From Lingula anatina (Eukaryota; Animalia; Brachiopoda), in NCBI GenBank assembly GCA_051362555.1, contig CM120644.1, positions 24,760,534 to 24,824,533 of the forward strand: DNA of 64,000 nucleotides, written 5' to 3'. The position numbers and the translations under genes are program-made. Positions 24,728 to 36,000 of this stretch are shown here, piece by piece; positions within the stretch are counted from its first letter, which is position 1; each line of letters opens with the position of its first letter. Under the pieces are notes generated by a model, which was given only the letters and a program-made list of their open reading frames with translations, made no database searches and was not told the DNA's origin.

Positions 24728-27004
24728 CCGGAATCTAGAACCTAGGGTACTACAGTAGGGCCTACTTCAAAATTGTTAGGACGAATTTTTAAATTTAGTC
24801 ATTCCGGCTGGTTCTGCTTTATTCCTGCTGATTACGAATAAGTGTGACAGGGGCTTTACATGGCAAACTCAACTAGAGAACGCATTATATTGAATACGTT
24901 TGGTATAATGACAAGAATGCCTATAATTTTAACAATAAGATTTTTTATAGTTTTACAGTAGAACAGCTGGAAGGGGAGTGTTTCAACGGCGGAACATACG
25001 AGTTGTGTGCTGTGAACAGGTGCAATGAATTAAAGGGTTGCTACGGGAGGTTTTAACTTCTTCACTTGAAGACCACCTGCAGGAACCAGTGTTGATTGGG
25101 TGACACGGAGGCGGTAACTGGTCGGGAAAGACGAGTGGTGGAACGGAAATAAACGTCATTTATGAATTGCAATCGTCGACATCGTAAATCACTATAGTTG
25201 CCAAGCAACTCAGTTACTTGCAGACACCCTGTTACTTCTTTACTTATAATTTCTATTAAATGATATATTAAACACCATGTGTCGGGGACACTTAATAATT
25301 CATAGACAATGTCAGTAACTTCAAGTTATAACTTTTGTAAACCATAATTCTCTATAATACATTATGTCAAGTCTGAAGAAGCAGAGTAAGCCTTGTTTAC
25401 GAGTCTGATTAAGAAGCCAGTGATAAGGAAGTTCATGAAATCAATGTCTGGAGTACAGACTAAAGGGTGTAATATTGAAAAGAGGGGCAGAATGTACCGG
25501 AGCAGGCAACGAGTTAGCATTAAACGATTGAAACTGGTTATTGTTGTCAGCGTTGGATTTCCTCATAGCGATCTACACGTAACTATTTTGACCGAGAACT
25601 TGGAAGATGTTATTTGCGCGTTATCTAAACTTAAAGTTTCCAACGGTGTCCGTATTTCGAGTCCATTTCTAAATTACATTGATATCTAAAATTTGCGCGG
25701 TTCCGGTCACGTGGTAATATAGTATGTGTCGTAGATAACAGACATGCGTAATAGTGCCATCCACTACACGCGGACATATTTCTGCATTTAATAAAATGAT
25801 ATAATGTTGTTTATTCTTATTTTCATATATGTAAACTGGAGATATGTTAAAACATAATATTTCTTATTTCATAACATCCTACATTCAAGGTGTGAGTTTC
25901 GCTTATCTTTCTACGTGCATAGTGGACGTGGGAAAGCACTAAATGGCTTACCACAAATATTTTCAGCCACTTTAGTCAGAAGAACAGGACGTTGGGGGAA
26001 TCCCCTTGCCGTTTTACATCTACGTGTTGTTATTTTAATATATTCTTGAGATATAAAATATAAAGGGAATGAATGCCGTTATTTATTGTAGCTTATCCAA
26101 TAACTTGAATGAAATTAAGTCAGTAGCTTACATTGTTATTTTAGGTACCACGTTTTACTGCAAGTAAACTGCGTTCGGTGGAAATAAGCCAGGCTACTCC
26201 TCGGCTTGTTTCATTTCAAAATGTTTTCCTTTTTTCCAAAAACATTCACAAATAATTGCTTCCACTCAAAATATAGGTCACCCCCCCTTTGGGGTCCTGG
26301 TAGTCCTGTACATATTGAAATATTACAGCACAGTCCACAAACCGCGGGGGGCGTAGGGGGATCTATTAAATTCTCTCACTGGTCCGCTAAAGACTGTAAA
26401 CTATTTGTTTTTAATATAATATAATGTTTTAAAATAATGTCCGGAGCGACTCCACATTCAATATTAAAACCAAAGACTACTGAACAAAAGAGATGTTCTG
26501 CTCCCAACCGCGCTTATCTACATGTTGCAAAACTGAACCTCAGTGCAAAACCAATAAATAAATAAATACATATTTACATAAATAAATAAAAATAAAATGA
26601 TAAAAACAAAGCAGTTAACGTCATTAGGACTCATTTAGTTTCAGTTCTAAAACATCATGTTATTAACAGTATCTGTATCACTTTTCACACATTCTATAGA
26701 CAACACCTATCTTTAAAACTTTTCACATAAAAAAAAAAAAACAAATTTGAGAAGATGAACTATATTCATACTTAGGTCAAAATAGAAGTCTAGGGTGAAC
26801 AGCTAAATTCTACTCATGAAAAAAGCATCTGCTAATAAAAGAAAAAAATACATGCTAATATGCAAAGAACAAAGGTGCTCAATTTAAGTGATAAAACTAA
26901 TTATTTCATATGTCTCTGTATTTCTTTACTTTGCTACAAATTCAATATCTCTACACAACAAACATAGTAAGGCACGTCCATTACATTTTCCTCGGTGATA
27001 TTAA

Positions 27005-27348
27005 TTACAATTCAAACATCTTGATAGTGTCAAACCATATATACTTATACGTCGATATTAAACCGCTCGTAGTTCCAACAGCAAGCTCCCCGTAACTGTT
27101 GACATCAACTGACTCAGGGAAGCTTATGTTGTCACTCTTTGTACAAATGTTACGTAGAAATCTTCCGTCTGAACCAAGGACAACCACCCTGTGATTGCCA
27201 CTGTCAGCTATGAACATGTGTCCAAGCTTATCTACGCAAACTCCTCGTGGATAACTCAGTCGTCCGTTTCCACTTCCACTCTGACCTAGTGCTCCGTATT
27301 GGAACATGACGTCACCCTAGGGTGTCACTGCATACACACAGTCGGCAC
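27005..27348 (-). pseudogene. TRIM-NHL C-terminal fragment (last ~2 NHL blades)
   Basis: Encodes ..CVYAVTP*GDVMFQYGALGQSGSGNGRLSYPRGVC..GTTSGLISTYKY, with a CAG>TAG stop at 27317-19. Homology ends at 27348, where it is fused to the 3' flank of G5. Confidence 0.9.
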
Positions 27349-27580
27349 AAATTACGTAGCTGCAAATGAAAAAATAAATACATGTTGATCTGCAAAAGAT
27401 GGGAGTGCTCAAATAAATTGATAAAATTGATTGTATTATATGTCTTCGTATATCTTCATGCACTTCGGCACAATTTCAACAAACAATTAAATACATAGTA
27501 GTGGCGGCTATTTATAAGGTGTGTTCACTACATTTCCTCGGTTATATTAATAACAATTCAAACATCATTACAGTTTCAAA

Positions 27581-29824
27581 TCATATTAACCATTTCTCAG
27601 TAATGTACTTATGTGTGGATATTTGTCCTGTAGATATTAGACCGCCTTGTTCAGTTCCAACAACAAGCTCTCCTTTGCTGTTGATATTAACTGACACAGG
27701 ATTCTCAATGCTGTCATTCCTTGTCAAAATGTTACGTAGAAATTTTCCTTCTGAACCAAGAACAACCACCCTGCGATTACCACGGTCAGCTATGAATATG
27801 ACCCCAAACTTATCTACGCACACTCCTAGTGGAGAACTCAGTTGTCCGTCTCCACTTCCACTCTGACCTTGTGCTCCGTATTGGAATATGACGTCACCCT
27901 GGGGTGTCACTGCATACACACAGTCGGCACTGTAGTCGCTGACTATGATTGCATTGATGCTGTGGTGGTATGCACAGCGCAGTGAACCTTTACTGCACAT
28001 TGGGATAGGAATTCTGTTTACAAGTTGAAAAGATATCATGTCGTACACACAGATGCACTGTGCACCACTATCACACACGTACACCTTACCCTCTGTACGG
28101 TCCACAGTGACACCCCAGGGGTTAGACATATCACCCTGACCAAAACATCGAATAACCTGACCTGATGTTGAATACAGTCTACAGCTATTATCTCGGCATG
28201 TGACCACGAATCTATCGTTACTGACTGTAGTGATACGCCTCGCCCCTCCTTCTATACTGATCTCACGATTACATTGACCTGTGCTGGAGAATACAGACAC
28301 TGTTTGAGCAAAGGATAAGTCACCATGTAGAACTAACATACAACCGTCATCTGTGCACTGGGTATCCCGCGGCCAACCCTTCACGTTAAAACAAAAATTC
28401 CGCTCAGGCTTATCAAGCCAGGTTACTCCCAGAAATTCCTTCAGCGCAGGATAGTTCGCTCTCTTTTGTTTTAAACTTCCAAAACATGCATCCAAGGGCC
28501 CATGGTATGTTTTGGCCGTAATTGTCCCCGTTCTAAGTTTCAGCGGCCGTGGTTCAGGGATCTCCGGGAACTGTAGACCAGTGTTCATTTTTGTTTTCCC
28601 TGGTGTAAATGTTATGTCGGTGATATTGATATCAAAATCTGGTTCTACTGCCTCTAACTCATGTATTCTAGTTTGGAGTTTTTTAGAGTGGGTCATGACC
28701 TCGATGTCAGAACCGGTGTCTGTGAGCTGCTGAGCAAAATCACAAATGCTTTGAATGGAAATCTTGTTCATATCTAGCTTGTCCTTTTCAGCTTCTAAAA
28801 CTTTCACCTGCGTGGAGGTGAGTGCCTTAACTTCTGTCGTTGTTTCGTTGCTTTTGTCATCTATAGATTTCTGCATTTCGATGTATTCTGACTGTACTTT
28901 TGTTTCATAAGTTTCCAAATGCTGTTTGACAGTGGTCAAATACGCGTCGGTCTGTTGACGTACGTCCTTCTCTACTTGTTGATAATAATCTTTGATTTCT
29001 CTTTCAATAGTTTTACTGTTTTCTTTTATCTCCTTTGTCACAGCTATTTTTTGCGAGTCCACCAAACGAATAACCTTTTTCTGATTTACTGTCAGTCTCT
29101 CTTCCGTTTGTACAATAACCTTTTCTGCCTTTTCAAAACGAGATAATTTCTCAGTAGGGAGACATCTCAATTTTTCTTGTATTAGATCTCGTTGAACTTT
29201 CACCACATCCCCTAATTTTCTAAAATCGTGTTTGCTGTGGACTTCTACAATACATTCCCTGCATATAATAGTGTCATCATTTTCACAATAGAATGCCAGC
29301 GGTTCTCCGTAGTGTTTCTCGCAGTATTGAGTTTTATCTAATACGTGGCGTAATTGTTCTCTTATACTAACTGGGTTAGCTGACGGGTCTATTTGTGACA
29401 GAGGTACAATCAAATGGCCCTTGCAATATGGAATTTTGTTGTGAACATCACGACATGTAGCGCATAGTTGGTTAGTTTCTGGGCAAACTTTGCACATGAC
29501 AGTGGCCTCTTTATGGTTACAATATTCACAAAGTCTCCCCTCAGGCGTTTTCTGGCCTTTCATGAAATCTGTTACTTTCCTCAAAAATAAGTTCTTCACG
29601 AGAGTTTCAAACCCACCTGGTGGTACAGGGGCCTCTTGGCGACACACGGGACAGAAGAACTTGTTCTGGACACCATTCTTGGCTGCATGGTCAGCAATGC
29701 ATTCCAGGCAGAATGTGTGGTAACAGGGGAGCACTCTCGGGTCTTTATATTCCTCTAGACATATATGACACGTTAACAAGTTCTCACTAAAGACGCTGCA
29801 CATCTCTTTCGAAGCCATTGTCAT
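27581..29824 (-). CDS. TRIM-NHL protein, ~747 aa, single coding exon (G5)
   Basis: Uninterrupted ORF with the same architecture as G3. The first ATG is at 29824 (the ORF-track start at 29848 is a GTG). Confidence 0.96.
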   Translation of the reverse strand: MTMASKEMCSVFSENLLTCHICLEEYKDPRVLPCYHTFCLECIADHAAKNGVQNKFFCPVCRQEAPVPPGGFETLVKNLFLRKVTDFMKGQKTPEGRLCEYCNHKEATVMCKVCPETNQLCATCRDVHNKIPYCKGHLIVPLSQIDPSANPVSIREQLRHVLDKTQYCEKHYGEPLAFYCENDDTIICRECIVEVHSKHDFRKLGDVVKVQRDLIQEKLRCLPTEKLSRFEKAEKVIVQTEERLTVNQKKVIRLVDSQKIAVTKEIKENSKTIEREIKDYYQQVEKDVRQQTDAYLTTVKQHLETYETKVQSEYIEMQKSIDDKSNETTTEVKALTSTQVKVLEAEKDKLDMNKISIQSICDFAQQLTDTGSDIEVMTHSKKLQTRIHELEAVEPDFDINITDITFTPGKTKMNTGLQFPEIPEPRPLKLRTGTITAKTYHGPLDACFGSLKQKRANYPALKEFLGVTWLDKPERNFCFNVKGWPRDTQCTDDGCMLVLHGDLSFAQTVSVFSSTGQCNREISIEGGARRITTVSNDRFVVTCRDNSCRLYSTSGQVIRCFGQGDMSNPWGVTVDRTEGKVYVCDSGAQCICVYDMISFQLVNRIPIPMCSKGSLRCAYHHSINAIIVSDYSADCVYAVTPQGDVIFQYGAQGQSGSGDGQLSSPLGVCVDKFGVIFIADRGNRRVVVLGSEGKFLRNILTRNDSIENPVSVNINSKGELVVGTEQGGLISTGQISTHKYITEKWLI

Positions 29825-30607
29825 GATATAGGCGCCCAGAGTGGGCACAGCGCCCCGCCTCCTGCACGCCGACCGCCCCGCTCTACTGCTGCCAAAACCG
29901 TTGCGTACACTTTATATATAATTTAATAAGTGATCTTTACTACTTCAAAGTTGTCACCCGATCGACACATCCCAATCAGGTGATGTTGTTAATAGCCAGG
30001 ACGGCATCAAAGTCTAAAGCCTTTTCTAGCTGAGTGCATGACATATCAGTGATACGCTGTGAGGGTGACATGTGCCCCCCCTTATTTCCCCTGTTGTTAT
30101 TGTGTTGTAGCTTTGGCAATAGGTGATGAAATGCCGGGCGACTGTTGAATAATTTCGTTTTTTTTTTTTTTTTCGGAAAGTAACATGGATGATGAGAACA
30201 TTGGAAAGGTTGTTTGGATAAATGAAACTGATCAAAATAAAGATTGAAGCCCCCAGATTCTATACGACAAACCACTGGTATTGGACGTGTATATTACCCC
30301 CTCCCTTACACACACTACCCACACACAGTTCGCTGTGTGTACGTATATAAATCGCTTATTAGGTTATCTAAAGTAGGACCCGCTTTAAAGTTGTCACCGT
30401 TCATCACACCACAATCAGGTGATGTTGTCAATAACCAGGGCGGTATCAAAGTCTATCAGCAACCATATACGAGGAATAGTATTACTGCCTGTCGCAAACC
30501 CCGTGGAAGGTTTACCGTACTCAGTGCTCTTTATCTGACCATTATCGTTCAATCTGACATATACGGACTTGCTGTTGTGGCTGAGACTATGGTAATGGAA
30601 GACGTAG

Positions 30608-30843
30608 GGACAGTTGCCATAGATATTTTGATTGATCTATCTCCCCGGGGAGTCTTACTAAATTGCTGTCAACTTGACCGGCTTAAATGTCTGCCACGCC
30701 TAATAAAGCTATTAGGAGGTAATTATCTTTACCCCCTAGCTGATTCGGCAGGCGTGACAGACATTTAAGACGGTGAACTTGATAGAAATTTAATGAGACT
30801 CCCCAGAGAGTTAGACCGATCCAGATGCATGGGAGCCCAGACG
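30608..30843. mobile_element. PIF/Harbinger-like MITE, subfamily 2 (related copy ~36923-37112)
   Basis: Flanked by TAG/TAG, and the local duplicate at 31541-31556 (GAAGACGTAGACCCCT) shows the empty site. The internal sequence shares GGCTTAAATGTC and GATCGATC motifs with 38081-38294. Confidence 0.7.
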
Positions 30844-32226
30844 TAGACCCCTAAGGTCAGTGATGTGATTTTCCCCATATCTTTATTATAACCGTTGCCA
30901 TTGTTCAAAAAGAGGGTGTCGCAGACAACCACGGCGTTATCTTGCCCCGTTTGATCTTTATGTAATTCTAGTAAACAAGAAAAAAAAGAGAAATAAAAAA
31001 TATTAATCCACCTCGTTAAACTTTGTCAATAACCAGGACGGTATCAAAGTCTACGCAGCATTAGATGAGTACTTGACTTATTTTACATAAATAAACATGG
31101 ATGATGATGAGTAAATTGAAAAGGGTGTTTGAATAAATTTAACTTGGCCGAAATAAAAATTGGAGCCATTAGCTTCTATTCACTGCCATAGTACATGTAT
31201 TACCCCCCCCCCCCCCCACCACACACACACACACCGACCGCCCCGCTCTACTGCTGCCAAGGCCTTTGTGTACGTGTATATATCGTTTAGTAGGTTAGCT
31301 GATATATTATAGATTTAAAGTTGTCACCGATCAACACAGCACAATCAGGTGATGTTGTCAATAACCAGGACGGTATCAAAGTCTATCAACAACATCAACA
31401 ACCATGTACAATCAATAGTATTACTGCCTGTCGCAAACCCCGTGGAAGGTTTACCGTACCCAGTGTTCTTCATCTGATCATTCAATGGTTCAATCTGACA
31501 TATACGGACTTGCTGTTGTGGCTGAGACTATATTGTTATGGAAGACGTAGACCCCTGAGTTCCGGGAGGTGAATTCCACGTGTCTTTATTGTAAATGTTG
31601 CCATCGTTCAGAAAGACGGTGTCGTAGACAACCACGGAGTTACCTTCCCCGTCTGGTCAAGATAATTTGATCTTTCTGTTATTCTAGTAAACGAGAAAAA
31701 GAAATTGATTATTAACCCACCTCGTTAAACATTAACCTATTGTTAATGTTAGAGTATTATCTATATAATAGCCTATAGGGTCTTTGTCACCTGTGTGCCA
31801 GTGGCACTGTTACAGCTTGTAATGAACACCTTTTATACCTCGAAAAAAAAAAAAAATCCAAAGTCGCACAAAGAAAATTAAGGACACCTTATGAGTTTTG
31901 CATATTTCATTACTAACTAGCCATCCCTAAATTATCCTTATTTCTTTTTAAAACCTTGACACAATGCAGGGTGAATTAGATTGATGTATAATCTTACGAA
32001 AGGTTTTTATCTAGTTTTCCATTTACTAATGTTGTAAAAATGATTCATGAAATCGTTAATAACCAGAATGACCATGTACAGTGCTGCACTACACATATTA
32101 TTGTCAAGACTGGTCTTAGTTTGTCGTGTAAAGGACCTTGTGTTATATTCTGGATGTAAACAGGTGTCGAGTTCCTGTGACCTGTTCCCAGACGACAGCG
32201 ACCATCTCGAGACGCATCCGTGGAGA

Positions 32227-32389
32227 CCGGAAGTGACGTAGTCCGAGAAAAATGGCGAAAACGGCGACAGCACAAACTGTGGTTGATGAACCGGTTTCTC
32301 TGATGATATACCTTGAACAATTACTCAAAAAGAAGTGTCCATGCGATTACTTTAACAATTATTTTCTTTTTATTAGAATTAACGGTTGA
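32227..32389 (+). other. ETS-CRE/YY1-type promoter plus 45-codon ORF (possible first exon or relic of an unrelated gene), copy B
   Basis: CCGGAAGTGACGT (32227-39) and AAAATGGCG overlap the ATG at 32252. The ORF reads MAKTATAQTVVDEPVSLMIYLEQLLKKKCPCDYFNNYFLFIRING*. Confidence 0.45.
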
Positions 32390-32936
32390 ACACCCTTAAT
32401 GGTCATTTTCACAACAGATAATTCTCGGACTAACCAGCACTAACACATCAGATTTTGATTAGTGAACAAAAAATTGGGACCCAACCCCTGATACCTCTCC
32501 ATATGACTGAGGTGCTTGTACCCTCCCCCTCCTCTCCTCCCAACTAACACGACTACGAATATTTTGATTTTGATCTTGACGTGCGAGGGTACAAAAGAAA
32601 TTAAACTTCTACACATATTTGAAAAGCCAGTTATAAAGGAGTCACAAGTTATTCAAACCGCAGACGATACATGTCTGCCCCTGTTCGGAATATTACACTG
32701 AGACTGTTCGTGTTGTAGCTGGCAAAGCTACAACAGAAGGAAAACTCACGCATGCGTATCACAGAGATTCCCGCCATCCCTTCCCCTGCCAACCTCCAGG
32801 CCTAGTTCACAAGTACGTGTCAAAGAAAAGACAACTTCACTGTACAGTCTACGCAGGTGATGAAACACGAGGCATTTAATGCACTGAGAGTTTTCCACGT
32901 TGAATGACAATAAGAAAGAAAAACAGTCACTGTGAA

Positions 32937-33024
<88 letters not shown>

Positions 33025-36000
33025 CGGAAATGCAGCCAGGAATACGAATTACAACAGAGTGGAAAGGGAAAGAATGAAAAACAAATGAATACAAATGAAA
33101 ACAAACCAATACATTTACAGGTAGGTACAAGGTTAAAAATCAAGGCAGCAAAGCACGAGATATTTTGAGACATTTTTCCTCGTCTCTGAATCATACCGGC
33201 ACAGTTTGCAGGCTGATTGACTGTTCTGTGGTTTTGAAAATAAATACATCCAGACTTTTGTCTCTGTCGTCGAGATAATAGAACTCTTGACCTCAGATGG
33301 ACCAGATGAGGCAGGACAGAACGTGGCCATAAACCTACACACTGAAAGAGGAAAACAAAAGAGAAACAAAAGATGTCCACTATTAAAAAAAGAAATTATG
33401 ACAGCTAGCGGAAGTCCCCTACAATACATGTCCTATGAATCACCTGGCGGCGTGACATCTAACATTGAATAATTCTATTTATGAATAAATTGAAAAGATA
33501 ACAAACAGTAAAACACGAGTGTGTATGTATGTATGATTTGCCCAAACCCACTGATAAAATGCACGCCACACATGTAGCTTCAATTTAAACTCGTCTAATT
33601 TGCTTTTTTAAAATTCTATTTGCATTTTAAAACAATGTGTTTGAAAAAATATATTTAAGTAGACCATACATAGTCACCATTCAAAATTGATCACATCGGT
33701 CCTTGCAAAGAAATTTTTAAAATACACCAAAGAAGAACAGGCCAGTCATATTAAGGTTACCGCAACAATTCCATATCCCAATTCCCCCCCCCCCCCACAC
33801 CTTTCCCCCTAATTGGATGTCAAAGTTCTCACACTAGTGGTTGACCCTACCATAAAGTGACCGCACGCGCAGGGTGGACCTTTATAATATCGCTGACCAC
33901 ATGATACTATTTTAATATCCTAACCATCCAGTTATTTACGACAAGGAAAGAAAATAACAACAATTTGCCTGATCAGCCGCCATCATCGTTGTTATAATGG
34001 GGCGGAGATAAAGATAAACCTCGTAAATGGATTCCTCGCACCGTGTACTGAGAGGTAGTGATGTTTTCAATGGTGGATTTGTGGATATAATATAGGGTAT
34101 AGGGTTTAGAACTGGGGTTGGGATTGGAGGAGGAGGAGGGAGGCTGAAAGGGGGGCTTAGCAATCCCCCTCATCTTCCGCCCAAACACATTTTTTCAACG
34201 CGTCAGCCCTAAGCTCAAACCGCGATTAAGGGAAATTCCCCTTGTTATAATTCTTATCTAAATGAGCAGCCCAACCCCGACTCCCACCCCCACACTTAAA
34301 TTATCTTCTTAGATGTACCCACCTTCCAAAATGTTACAAGCAAACATCAAAATTTCATTTTTAATGACGAGCTTAACCATGGAAAAATATATGTTGTGAC
34401 GGAGGGAGGCGTAGGGATATGCTCAAGTAGCTAAATAGCCAGTAGTATGAAGATGACAGTGTGATATGTCTGATAAATTCACCCGATAGAACTATCTGGG
34501 GAATTCCATTGGCCATAGAACAAATAGTCCCTCTTAAAGATCCGATCGAAAAGAAGACCCCCATATTGCACCATAATATTGGCTTTTTCACCCCTAAATC
34601 TGTATCTGCTGACTGCTGAAATAAATTCAAATACCATAATGGCGGCTGCACAGCAAAGTTTGCAGTGTGCAGGGTGTGCTAGAGATTACCACTATGATGT
34701 CCTTTCATCCTGACTTTTACAAACATGGGTTGGGCGACAATATTCAAACAGGTAGTCATTATAAAGAGAATTACACCCCCACTACAAAACTCCGCCTAAA
34801 ATTCTTCAAATAATGAAGGTGTATTCCACCTTTTTTATGTCAGCGTTTTTGATTATGGGAATGGCAAACACCCTTACAAAATTCAACATGTTACTTCAGT
34901 GAATAATGGCATCCAATGTATATATTGGTATATAATCTTATTCTATATAAAATAGTTGAAATTATTATATTTGATATTGCAAATCACTAATACTGAGATA
35001 CTGCACAACGTACGTCACAGTGGGTGGGAATTTACAGCAAACAAACAAACAAATCAACAATGAGGACAAAATGTTAACGTTTTTAGAAGATTTTTTCCCT
35101 TCCTTTCGCTGGTTCTGTCAATAAAATAATGAATTCAATAAAAAATGATATTAAAAATGGTGATCTACCATCGATATTAAAAAAAAAATCGTTGTTAGCT
35201 TTTTAAGAATGCAGTATTGTACCTTGTCATGGCGGGAAGTCGGAATAAATTGACTTGAATATACACTGTTGACTTGAATATACTCTTATTATTCTTTTTT
35301 TTTACTTCTCAGTAGTCTACTGAAATAAATCGATAACAAGTAAACGCATGAGGGTAAAAACCATCATTAGTATAAATCTGCCAAAACATCTTGGATCTTA
35401 GTCTGTAGACAAGACTATAAAATGTATTTTCTTATTTAAAAAAGTCCAAAATCTTTGACCCGTTCCCCGACCCCAGTGTTAAGGCTCGTCCTGTCCGTCC
35501 TCGCGCCTGGGTGACTGTAGTAATTATCATTGAGTTCACTGGTAAACACCATCTGATAGGACTACCTAGCAGACTACGGTATTTCTGAACCATCATTAGA
35601 ATTGGTAGTTCTCCAATATGACATAGCTCGGCTTCTTTGACGAGATTTTCTTCCAGTTCTGCACTTCCAGTTCTTGGTTAGTTTGAAATGTTATTTAACG
35701 CGGAATGTAGATATTCGCTGAAAGTAACTGACGAGTAAAACTTTTACAATGAACATTTGATTGTCACCACTGGTGAATTCGTCCATGTGGCATATCGCTT
35801 GCTTCTATTTGTTGCCATTCTTCGAGGTTATCTTTAGACCTGAGAGTTGCTTCCCGTTTTTTAAAGATCATAAACTCTACATTCTATGTGCGGTAATATC
35901 ATTATATTTTGCCATAGGTCACAATTGTCATCATATTTGACACTGGTGACATGAACTTGCGAGAATCATAAAACGTGGTTCATGGAGGCGCTGTTCCCAA

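Noticed and set aside
29825-29848. N-terminal extension MPTLGAY.. in the ORF track (also 3097, 56739, 46112)
   Set aside because: It begins at GTG in a eukaryotic gene, and the conserved ATG lies 8-10 codons downstream.
30244-30768. 174-aa plus-strand ORF
   Set aside because: It runs through the repeated upstream module and into a MITE, and the paralogous copy at 31321 does not keep the frame.
35470-35680. Minus-strand frame containing QARGRTGRA (helicase motif VI-like)
   Set aside because: No other helicase motifs are nearby, and the motif overlaps a CAGTGTT.. sequence that looks like a TE end, so it is probably chance.
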